Made by a program: the position numbers and the translations under genes. DNA of 64,000 nt. Origin: a virus. The notes under the pieces were generated by a model. The model saw only the letters and a list, made by a program, of their open reading frames with translations. It did no database searches and was not told the origin of the DNA. The stretch covers positions 1 to 64,000 of the IMG/VR virus record IMGVR_UViG_3300042566_001051; one strand, written 5' to 3'. Positions 9,502 to 17,800 of this stretch are shown here, one piece after another. Numbering within the stretch: position 1 is the stretch's first letter; every line of letters begins with the position of its first letter.

Positions 9502-9937
9502 AGCAGCCTCCCATTCTCGGCGGCCCATCGCTCAGGCGGTTTTGCACCCTTCCTCAAATTGCACGTCGGGCAGAGTAGTTGCAGATTGGCCTTGTCGTTC
9601 GATCCGCCAAGCACCAGCGGCTGGATATGATCGACGTGGTAGCCATCGGCGATGCTGACGCGGCAGCAGGCGCACTTGCCGCGCTGAAGCCGGAATAGCC
9701 GCTTGATGTCGGCTGCCGTGTGCTTGCCGCCGACGCGCTTCTTCATGGCAAGTCGATTGTAGAAACTAGCCCTTCTGGCCTCTGGATTTGCTTTCGCCCA
9801 AGCAGAGGCCCTGGCATTGGTTGCCAGCTTCACCTCTGGCCGACTGTGGTATGCAAGAACCTTGGCGGCATTCTCTGGCTTCGCTCTCCATCGATTGCCG
9901 CGAGCAGCGTAGGCATCGCGGTTTCGCTTGAAATATC

Positions 9938-10477
9938 GGCTATTCGTAAAAGCATGTGGAAACCTGCCGCCCAGTGGCGGCAGGTTGCGTGTGGAATCGT
10001 TCAAACCGGAACCCATTGCTCAGGGTTGATGCCAGGATTTGTCCAGCCAACCACCACGCCATCTGCGCCGACCTTGAAGATGATGTAGTCGCCGTAACCG
10101 TTATCACCGACGCACAGGAGGTCGTCAGGGACGTAATAGCCCTTCCATTTGGCGATGCGCTTCTTGGCCTCATCCAGAAGCCAGTATTCGCCGGCATCGC
10201 ATACCTTGTAGTGAATGTCAGCTTCAATGCCTTCAGGCCAATTCATGATGCGGCCCGTAGCCAGTTCGATAACCGGCTCCCACGAGGTTCCTTTTCGGCA
10301 CGGAATCAGCGTTCCGTCGCTGTCTTCCTTGCCATTTACGGTGGCGTCTTCCCAATAGCGAATGTCCGCGCCAACCTCGATGAATTTAGCTTGTTCCACG
10401 TCAATCCTTTCCACACACTTTTGCGTTTTCTGGTTGTTGCTTGGATGGGTCAGTTCCACACCGTTTTACGAATAGCC
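9938..10477. mobile_element. Non-autonomous insertion cassette (MITE/MIC-like) with one passenger gene
   Basis: Perfect 14-bp TIR GGCTATTCGTAAAA (21/24 when extended); 8-bp direct repeat GAAATATC at 9930-9937 and 10478-10485; no transposase. Confidence 0.9.
10001..10399 (-). CDS. Passenger gene, phage-type hypothetical protein (132 aa)
   Basis: AAAGGA RBS before the GTG at 10399; motifs RYWEDATVNG, IHYKVCDAG, GYGDYII. Confidence 0.8.
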   Translation of the reverse strand: MEQAKFIEVGADIRYWEDATVNGKEDSDGTLIPCRKGTSWEPVIELATGRIMNWPEGIEADIHYKVCDAGEYWLLDEAKKRIAKWKGYYVPDDLLCVGDNGYGDYIIFKVGADGVVVGWTNPGINPEQWVPV

Positions 10478-10710
10478 GAAATATCCAGCCATGTGGGCGG
10501 CGTGGTGCGCCTTGTTTTCTGGCCTGGAGTAATACTCTGCCGCATAGGCTGCCGCCTTTTCCTTGGCCTCCTTGCCGCTCCGCCTGGCTTTGTTGTACTC
10601 AGACCAGCAATCTCGGCAACTGCTGCGGAGGCCGTCTTTCTTGGCCGCATCCTTGCTAAATTCAGAGCAATCCTTTTCAGCCCCGCATTTCGAGCATATT
10701 TTCAGCATGG

Positions 10711-12273
10711 CTATTCACCCCCGAAGCCGCCGCCGTCCTGTGGAGGCTTGGCATCCACGATGGTAGCGAACAGCTTTGCCTGATCCTCGTCGAGCATCAT
10801 GGTCTTGGTCAGGAACTCGCTCATGATTTCCTTGCTGGCGCCCATTTCCTTCATCATCTGCATGGACTGCACCAGCAGCATGCCGGCATTCATTGAGTCG
10901 GCACGCGTGCGCTGTTTTTCTGACTCAAGGGCTGAAATTGAGCCGAAGAAGTTGATAACCCAAGGGCGCTCTGTCGGGCTGAACACCACGCCGTAGCGGC
11001 GCATGGTGTGGATGTCGATCACATGATTGAAGAACTCTGACAGCGCAACGCGAATGATGCGCGCCCGCTCCGCAGCCTGAGCGGAAACCCGGAAGAATCC
11101 GCCCTCTCCCAGGCCGCCGGAAAGCTGGTCAGCGAAACCAAGCATTGAAAGATCGACGCCGATGGCGCCAGACAGTAGGCGGGCATGGAGCATCACATCC
11201 TCAATCGTGATACTTCCAGCGCGGCCAGACTGCCCGCCATTCGATGGGCCGATATTGGTCAGTTGCTTTTCGTTGAAAACCGGAATGATGTGGCGGATAC
11301 GCTCCATGACCGGGCGCCCGCTCTTTACGGCCTCTTCGGCGTGCGACTTTGACGCCTTGAGCATGTCCTTGACGGACTCCACAAACCGCTCTTGCTGCTC
11401 CAGGGTCATGGACTCAAGATTGACGGCTACCATCTGCTCATCAATCGAATCCATCCAGCGCTGCCCGACAAGTCCAAGTAGTGATGCGGTCAGGTTGTCG
11501 TAGGCTTCCTCGGCGTTGTACAGCAGCGATCCGCCGGCCATGCTCGGCATGACAGGCAGGCCGTCAATATCGTCCTCGGTGATGGCCAGTCGCAGTGACT
11601 TTTCCACCACGCCATGCTGCGGAACCCACTGGGTACGCGGCATCTTCATGCGCGCAAGCTGCGACACGTCAAGGCGCTCGAAATTGCGCTCACCGGTGTA
11701 GATGGCGTAGCCGACCGTGCGACTCCCGCGCTCGAATGGCTGCACCAGCGGAGGCCGCACCATTTCATCGGCGTAAAGGTCGATCACGCCGCGCGAGTCG
11801 GCATAAATTCTGGCGTAGGCATCACCGAACACTGCCCCCGTGTAGGCGATCTGGAAGGCTACGCGGTTGAATAGCGGCGTCAGATCGGCCGCAACTTCCT
11901 CGGCGATGGTAGAAAGCTGCTTGTTCTTTTTGGCGTCCGGGGTCTTTTCGACAAAAACAAGGTCGCCGTTCGTCTCGTGGCCTCCCAGGGCCGAAGTTAC
12001 CAACAGCAGCAAGGCCGTTGAAACAATCGGGTCGGACTCCATTGTCGACCACTTGTCGTAGATAATCTGTCGAGACCTGGCCGACCGCTTGCCTGTTCCC
12101 AGTAGGGAGGCGACGGTAGTGCTTCCGGCGCCATACAGGAATGTGTCGGATTGGTCGATCTGGTTTGCCGGGCCAAGAAATGACGATGCCCAGCGGCGCG
12201 CCGTCATGCCGAAGCGAGAGAAAATCCCGGCGGATTTGGTTGGAACCTTGATCGGTGCGTTGGAAATGGACAT
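10711..12273 (-). CDS. Portal protein (P1 Prt-like)
   Basis: 520 aa; IYDKWSTMESDPIVSTAL, FGDAYARIY and GGLGEGGFFRVS motifs. Confidence 0.8.
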   Translation of the reverse strand: MSISNAPIKVPTKSAGIFSRFGMTARRWASSFLGPANQIDQSDTFLYGAGSTTVASLLGTGKRSARSRQIIYDKWSTMESDPIVSTALLLLVTSALGGHETNGDLVFVEKTPDAKKNKQLSTIAEEVAADLTPLFNRVAFQIAYTGAVFGDAYARIYADSRGVIDLYADEMVRPPLVQPFERGSRTVGYAIYTGERNFERLDVSQLARMKMPRTQWVPQHGVVEKSLRLAITEDDIDGLPVMPSMAGGSLLYNAEEAYDNLTASLLGLVGQRWMDSIDEQMVAVNLESMTLEQQERFVESVKDMLKASKSHAEEAVKSGRPVMERIRHIIPVFNEKQLTNIGPSNGGQSGRAGSITIEDVMLHARLLSGAIGVDLSMLGFADQLSGGLGEGGFFRVSAQAAERARIIRVALSEFFNHVIDIHTMRRYGVVFSPTERPWVINFFGSISALESEKQRTRADSMNAGMLLVQSMQMMKEMGASKEIMSEFLTKTMMLDEDQAKLFATIVDAKPPQDGGGFGGE

Positions 12274-12302
12274 GTCGCGCCACAGTCATAGACGATGGCA
12301 CG

Positions 12303-12344
12303 AGGGTAGCGCGGCGGGATTGCCCGATTCCCGCCCGTTTTCCG
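12303..12344 (-). promoter_or_regulatory. Putative late promoter (CGGAAAA-N29-TACCCT) for portal
   Basis: Intergenic copy of the shared motif. Confidence 0.6.
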
Positions 12345-12352
12345 CTACAGGG

Positions 12353-12658
12353 TCAGGCGTGCGCGATTTCTGGATGCAGCTTGAGGCCCAGCGCGTGCGT
12401 TACCTTGAGAATGGTCGCAAAACTCGGATTCCCTTCGCCTGAGAGCGCCTTGTAAAGGCTTTCGCGCCCAAGGCCGGTTTCCTTGGCGAGCTGCGTCATG
12501 CCCTTGGCGCGGGCGATAGTGCCCAGCGCCTTGGCGATGAAAGCGGCATCGTCGCCAGCTTCTTCCATGCAGGCTTCAAGGTACATCACCATGTCCTCGT
12601 CGGTCTTGAGGTGCTCGGCACTATCCCATTTGCGCAGTTTCAGCGTTCCCATTTTCAT
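12353..12658 (-). CDS. Addiction-module antidote protein (HI1420-like HTH antitoxin)
   Basis: WDSAEHLKT...ARAKGMTQLAKETGLGRESLYKALSGEGNPSFATILKV. Confidence 0.92.
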   Translation of the reverse strand: MKMGTLKLRKWDSAEHLKTDEDMVMYLEACMEEAGDDAAFIAKALGTIARAKGMTQLAKETGLGRESLYKALSGEGNPSFATILKVTHALGLKLHPEIAHA

Positions 12659-12661
12659 CTC

Positions 12662-12952
12662 CTACAGTTGCCGCGCCAGTTCAAGCGCGGTCTTGATGTC
12701 CTTCGATTGAGTGGATTTGTCGCCACCCGCCAGCAGAATCACAATCTCCATGCCGCGCTGCGCGAAATACACGCGATAACCCGGCCCGTAGTGAATACGC
12801 ATCTCCGACACTCCCTCTCCCACTGGCTCGCAATCACCGAAATTGCCATCTTCAGCCCGGTCGATGCGGGCCTGAATCCGGCGAATCGCTTGCCTGTCAC
12901 GCAGCCCGGAAAACCAATCGTCGAACGTTTCTGTGGTGTGAATGATCTTCAT
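12662..12952 (-). CDS. Addiction-module killer protein (HI1419-like RelE/ParE-family toxin)
   Basis: GNFGDCEPVGEGVSEMRIHYGPGYRVYF...LLAGGDKSTQSKDI; upstream of the antitoxin. Confidence 0.92.
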   Translation of the reverse strand: MKIIHTTETFDDWFSGLRDRQAIRRIQARIDRAEDGNFGDCEPVGEGVSEMRIHYGPGYRVYFAQRGMEIVILLAGGDKSTQSKDIKTALELARQL

Positions 12953-12959
12953 GCGTTCC

Positions 12960-12988
12960 ATTGTATAAATTGGGATACACAAAGTCAA
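12960..12988 (-). promoter_or_regulatory. Sigma70 promoter of the TA operon with TGTAT-N8-ATACA operator
   Basis: TTGACT-N17-TACAAT, 7 nt before the ATG at 12952 (leaderless); palindrome 12962-12979 overlaps it. Confidence 0.75.
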
Positions 12989-13055
12989 TGAGAACGACAG
13001 CACCGAAACGTTCGTCTATTCGTCGGCGGCAAAACAGGATATGTTCGCCGCGTTG

Positions 13056-13084
13056 TTGCATCTCTCGCCGTTCCGGGACATAAT
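13056..13084 (+). promoter_or_regulatory. Promoter of the c4-antirepressor operon
   Basis: TTGCAT-N17-CATAAT. Confidence 0.65.
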
Positions 13085-13196
13085 CAACCCGCTGCCGCAA
13101 CAACGGCAGTCGGGATTGGCGTCCCGGAATCTACAGGCGGACAAGCCGCCAGCAATGCGGCTTTTTTCATGTCCGTCGGCATGGCGCACCTGTTTA

Positions 13197-13273
13197 TGGG
13201 CGGGCCGTGCGGGGAGTCTTCGGACTCGCCGGTTTCCTGTAGGCCGGTACGCCAACCTGTACGGTTCCGCCCA
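13197..13273 (+). ncRNA. c4: C4-type antisense RNA (P1 immI / P4 CI-like)
   Basis: Closing stem TGGGCGG/CCGCCCA; internal CCTGTAG (13236-42) and ACGCCAA (13249-55) are complementary to TTGGCGT/CTACAGG pairs upstream (13116, 13131) and downstream (13280, 13312); the last overlaps the antirepressor RBS. Confidence 0.85.
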
Positions 13274-13327
13274 CCCTGATTGGCGTCGGGGAAGCGGAGA
13301 CATAAACCGCACTACAGGAGTAATGCC

Positions 13328-13942
13328 ATGACTGCAACAGCACTCGTGCCCGTCTTCACCAGCACTATCCAGAATCAACCCGCCCAGCTTTGCAATGCCC
13401 GCGACCTGCACGCCTTCCTTGATGTCGGCCGTGACTTCGCCACCTGGATCAAGGATCGAATCGCCGAATACGGCTTTTCAGAGAATGATGACTACTTTCT
13501 GATTGATTCCCCGAAACGGGGGAATCAAAAAAGCCGTGGCGGAGACCGGCGCAGCAAGGATTACCACCTGACTCTGGACATGGCGAAGGAACTGGCAATG
13601 GTCGAACGCAACGAGAAAGGCCGGCAGGTTCGCCGCTACTTCATCGAATGCGAGCGCCGGGCATTGGCCGCCGTCCCGCCAGCGCCGACTTTGCCGAAGT
13701 CCGGCCTTGGCCGCTCGCTGCGGGAGGAAATCCGGCAGGCCGTGGCCGAAGCGGTGGGGGCCGAACTGCCGAAGCTGACCGCGCCGCTCTACAGCCTCAA
13801 GAATGTCTGGGCGCACCTGTCCGCCGGAAATGGCATGTACATCGACAGCGACACCCTCGCCGAGATTGCCAGCGACTGCAATGCGAAACTCGCCAGTCGG
13901 GCGGCGTTCTATCAGCAACGGGCGCTGGCGGCGAGGCATTGA
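13328..13942 (+). CDS. AntA/AntB-family antirepressor
   Basis: CNARDLHAFLDVGRDFATWIKDRIAEYGF...DYHLTLDMAKELAMVERNEKGRQVRRYFIECE; RBS AGGAG. Confidence 0.92.
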   Translation: MTATALVPVFTSTIQNQPAQLCNARDLHAFLDVGRDFATWIKDRIAEYGFSENDDYFLIDSPKRGNQKSRGGDRRSKDYHLTLDMAKELAMVERNEKGRQVRRYFIECERRALAAVPPAPTLPKSGLGRSLREEIRQAVAEAVGAELPKLTAPLYSLKNVWAHLSAGNGMYIDSDTLAEIASDCNAKLASRAAFYQQRALAARH

Positions 13943-13944
13943 AA

Positions 13945-14478
13945 ATGGCACAGAAAACCGAGTTGACCGCAGCATTGCTCCGGGAACTGTTCGACTACGG
14001 TACTGACACCGGCCTTTTCACGCGCAAGGTCAGCACGACCAACCGCGTGAAGGTTGGTGACGTAGCCGGCGCCAAAAACCAGAAGGGCTACATCAACATC
14101 ATGGTTTGCGGCAGGCTTCACCCGGCGCACCGTCTGGCGTGGCTGTACGTGCATGGGGTCTGGCCGCAAGGCCAGATTGACCATATCAACGGCATCCGGG
14201 ACGACAACCGCATCGGTAATTTGCGGGAAGCAACCAATGCCCAGAACAAGCAGAACATGCGAGCGGCACGGTCGGACAGCAAAACCGGCCTGCTCGGCGT
14301 CCGTTGGAATGATCGGCACCAGTGCTGGCAGTCCCGGATCATGGTGGATGGCAAGGGGCGGCATCTGGGCAACTTCGGCACCGCAGAGGACGCCCATGCC
14401 GCCTACCTGTCAGCCAAGCGCGAACTTCACGAATTCGGCGAAATCGCCAAGGCCGGGGCTTCCATGTCGGCATCGTAG
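13945..14478 (+). CDS. HNH-AP2 homing endonuclease
   Basis: AHRLAWLYVHG...IDHINGIRDDNRIGNLR; AP2-like C-terminus. Confidence 0.92.
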   Translation: MAQKTELTAALLRELFDYGTDTGLFTRKVSTTNRVKVGDVAGAKNQKGYINIMVCGRLHPAHRLAWLYVHGVWPQGQIDHINGIRDDNRIGNLREATNAQNKQNMRAARSDSKTGLLGVRWNDRHQCWQSRIMVDGKGRHLGNFGTAEDAHAAYLSAKRELHEFGEIAKAGASMSAS

Positions 14479-14858
14479 AGCGTCCAGAATTCTCCGCTCT
14501 CGCCGTCGAGCATGAATTTGTTGGTGTAGATCATCTGGGTGCGCAGGTACTCGGTGCGGAACTCATCGGCGGCGATGAGCGTTTCGACATCGGTTTCGCC
14601 CCGGTATTCCTTGGCAATCAGCGGGTCGGACTGGTCGCCAAGGTTGTACCCGTTCCGGTTCATGACTTCCTTGAGGGCAAACCAAAACGGCCCGTAATCT
14701 CGATACCTCGGCGGATCGACGCGCAACCGCTCGGCAACAACGCCCAAGCCAAACGCCAGGAGATTGGAAAACCCCCGGTTGGCCCGGAGGTTTGCGGAGC
14801 GCTCCGCGACGAGCGCCTTGAGCATTTCCTTGTCGAACTTGTATTCAGTGAAGGCCAT
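14427..14858 (-). CDS. ulx: Ulx-like antirestriction accessory head protein
   Basis: YRDYGPFWFALK and TLIAA motifs as recalled for P1 Ulx; directly downstream of darB as in P1. Confidence 0.75.
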   Translation of the reverse strand: MAFTEYKFDKEMLKALVAERSANLRANRGFSNLLAFGLGVVAERLRVDPPRYRDYGPFWFALKEVMNRNGYNLGDQSDPLIAKEYRGETDVETLIAADEFRTEYLRTQMIYTNKFMLDGESGEFWTLYDADMEAPALAISPNS

Positions 14859-14868
14859 GATTCATTCC

Positions 14869-17800
14869 TCAAATTGAACGGGTTGCGTCGGCAAGCTCAA
14901 GCTGCTCGGCTGCCCTTGGATAGGTGCTGACGAGATAATCCCACGTCGAGCGATAGACGTTCCATACCAGTGCATCGCCGTCCCACTTGAACTTGCCAAA
15001 GCCGGCCAGGTTCGCGCAGTTCTTGATGGTCTCCTTCCACGGCTTGGTATTGCCCTTGATGCCCACCACGTCGGTAGGAAGATTTCCCTTCGGTGCGGAG
15101 CCGGACAGTGCCTTGCTCACGGCCGCCTCGATGGCCGACTTGTAGGCCCAAGGAAGGTAGTCGCTGGCTGGGTCTTTGCCCTTATAGTCGAACCATGACG
15201 CAGCGCCCTGCATGAACGATGCGGCCTGCTCACGAATCTCAGGCTCGGACTCGCCAGTTAAGGCGGCCTTCAAGTTGTCGAGCGATACCGTCTTCTCGAT
15301 CTGCTTCTGCAACCAGATGTCGAAGTCGTCGAAATCTGCAATGGTCAGCTTTACGCCCGTTGCGGCAGCGTACTCACGCAGCGCGTCAAACTTCGATTCG
15401 CTGCTGCTGCCATGCTGCCGGCGCTCAACCGCCAGGCTGCTTGATACTACGAAGCTGCCGGAATCGAAAGACTTGATAACGCTCGCCTGGGAATCGAAGA
15501 TGCTGCGCATGGCCGGCGTCTTGTCGGCATCGTTCGGCAGAATCACGAATGGGAAATGCGGCTGCGGAAGCTGGTACTCATGGGCGCTGTAGGCCGCAAT
15601 GGCTTCAACCTTGCGGCGTTGCGCGACTTCCGGCACGACCTTGTTGAAACCGTTTTCGACAGTACCCCCCTCGTTGATCCGGTCTTCAATCTCAGCCGCC
15701 TCAGTGATGCAGGCATCGTACTCTGCGGAGCCCTGGTAAATCCACTCGCCGGCCATGATGTCGCGGTCGGCCAGTGGCGAACCGTCACGGCTTCGGCCAA
15801 AGGCTCCAGGGCGGCCATTGACCAGCGTCAGCACGGCCAAGCCGGAGCCAAGCCGGACGAATGCGCCATGCAGGAGCGGCTTGCCGTTATAGACGATGCC
15901 GTTCCCGTTGGCGATGGCGTCCGCCACGGCCGCCGGATAGGCGCCAGACTCTTCGGCCTGACGGAAGAAGCTGGACTTCGATTCATCGATCATGGATTTC
16001 GCCATATCGACCTCGGACTGCCATTCGTTGGAGATCGTGCCTCCATCGATGGCATCAATGCCGAAGGTCGGCCAAATCTTGCCCAACAGCATGGACTCGA
16101 TGTCGTCATCCTTTTGCTTTTTGCCGCCGCGCACAGCAGTAAAGAAGCTATCCAGGGAGACGGTTTCCTTGCTCTGCCCGCCGGCGCGCCACTCGCTGCG
16201 ATAAATGGTCGCGGAGCCTTCAATCTGGCGGCGAAGTCCGCCGATGCTTGCCATCAATTCAGCCAGCAGGCTTTCGTTCTTGGCAACAGCCGTTGCCGTG
16301 GCCTTCGGGTTGTTGATCCGGTCGCGCAGCATGCCGGCCTGCTTCTCCATGTTCCACAGGCCGATGATCTTGCGGATGATGAAATTCGCCGGCGTCGGGT
16401 TCTCGCTCAGGAAAGCATTCTGCTTGCGGATGGTGTCGATGTTAATCATCTGCCGGTCGCGGTTGCTTGATGCGCGCGAAGCTGCCTCCTTTGCGGCGAT
16501 GGTTTCCTGCATGCGGCGCATTGCGTCAGCATCGCCTACAACGTCGATCAGGGCCTCCATCTGCTCCTTCGACAGGCCGCCGGTGACGGCAACGCTATCG
16601 GAACCATTCACATCCATAACCTGGCTGATCCAGTCGGCTTTCTTGTTCACCATTGCACGCTTGCTGGTGTCAAAGGTTCCGTCGGCATCGTAGTAGTAGA
16701 GGCTGACGCGCGCCGTCTTATTGCCCTGGCGGACGCCGCGCCCATTGCGCTGCTCCAGGCTATCTGGCGTCCATCCGATGGTCAGATGGTGGATAGCCTG
16801 CGTTCCCTTCTGGAGGTTGATGCCGACCTCTGCCTTCTCGTTGGCGATCACGACGCGGTACTTGTTGTCCTCGCCGCCGGCGTTGAACCCGTCCTGCACC
16901 GCCATGATTTCATCGGGTGCATTGTTGGTCTTGCCGGTGATGACAGCCACGGCGCCAGACGGCACGCCGGCGCGCTTCGAAAGAAGGCGCTTGATCTTGT
17001 TATGCAGCGGCAGGATGTCGCAAAACACGATCTGCTTGACGATGGGCGACTTGCCGCCGCTCTCGTCAATTCCGCGCGGCGTGGCTTGTTCGTGCTGGAA
17101 GTTCTCCAGCATGGCGGCCAGTTTCGGAGGGACGGAGACATCCAGGTCAAGGCCAAGTTTTTCGGCGATGGCTTCGAATGCGCTCTGGGTATCTGGGTCG
17201 ATGGTGTCAATCGCAACCCGGTTTCCATCGATCGCCTTGGCGCGAACCTCGATCTTCAGGAGCTCGCTCTCATTTCCTGCGGCGTCCTTGGTGGTCTTAC
17301 GGCCAACAATGGCGCTCTCATCGGTCATTGGCGACGGGCGCGGACGGTCTTCGCTGAACCGCTTGGCGTTGAACTGCTCAATGGCTGCCTTTGCCTTGTC
17401 TGCCTGGGCTGCAATGAAACTGTAGAAGGTGGCGCGCTGGTCAAGCTCAGGGTCGGCGATCAACAGCGTCATCTTGTTGATGAGGTTGAACGGGTGCCCG
17501 ACCAGTGCCATTTCCTCGCCGAAGTGGCGCGAGACTTCATCGAATGCGCCCTTGTCTCCACGGTTCGGCGACTTCTCGGAGATTTCGTCAATGGCCCAGC
17601 GGAAAGCGCCCTTGTAGAGCTTCAGGCGATCAACGATGTCCTTGGGAAGCGTCACCGGTGTAGCCTTCTCTTCGCGGTCAGGAACAACAATCTGCTCGCC
17701 GACATCCTCTGCTGAACGGATGGTGAAGGCGCTCGAAAGCGCCTTGCGCAGCACGCCGACGTTGTTGAGGCCGACGAACACGTCCGTGGTGCGAGCTACG

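Larger units (their letters stand above)
9498..10708 (-). pseudogene. HNH endonuclease gene (220 aa when reconstructed) interrupted by a 540-bp insertion
   Basis: N-part 10708-10478 (CSKC...CRDC...AGYF) joins in frame to 9929-9498 (KRNRD...CACC...HVDHIQPLVLGGSNDKANLQLLCPTCNLRKG) once the element and one TSD copy are removed. Confidence 0.9.

Noticed and set aside
9498-10016. 172-aa HNH ORF and 80-aa ORF (10466-10708) as separate genes
   Set aside because: They are two halves of one interrupted gene; the first 27 codons of the 172-aa ORF derive from the inserted element.
13041-13331. 96-aa Ash-like ORF
   Set aside because: Starts upstream of the promoter and spans the C4 RNA; the RNA structure explains the sequence.
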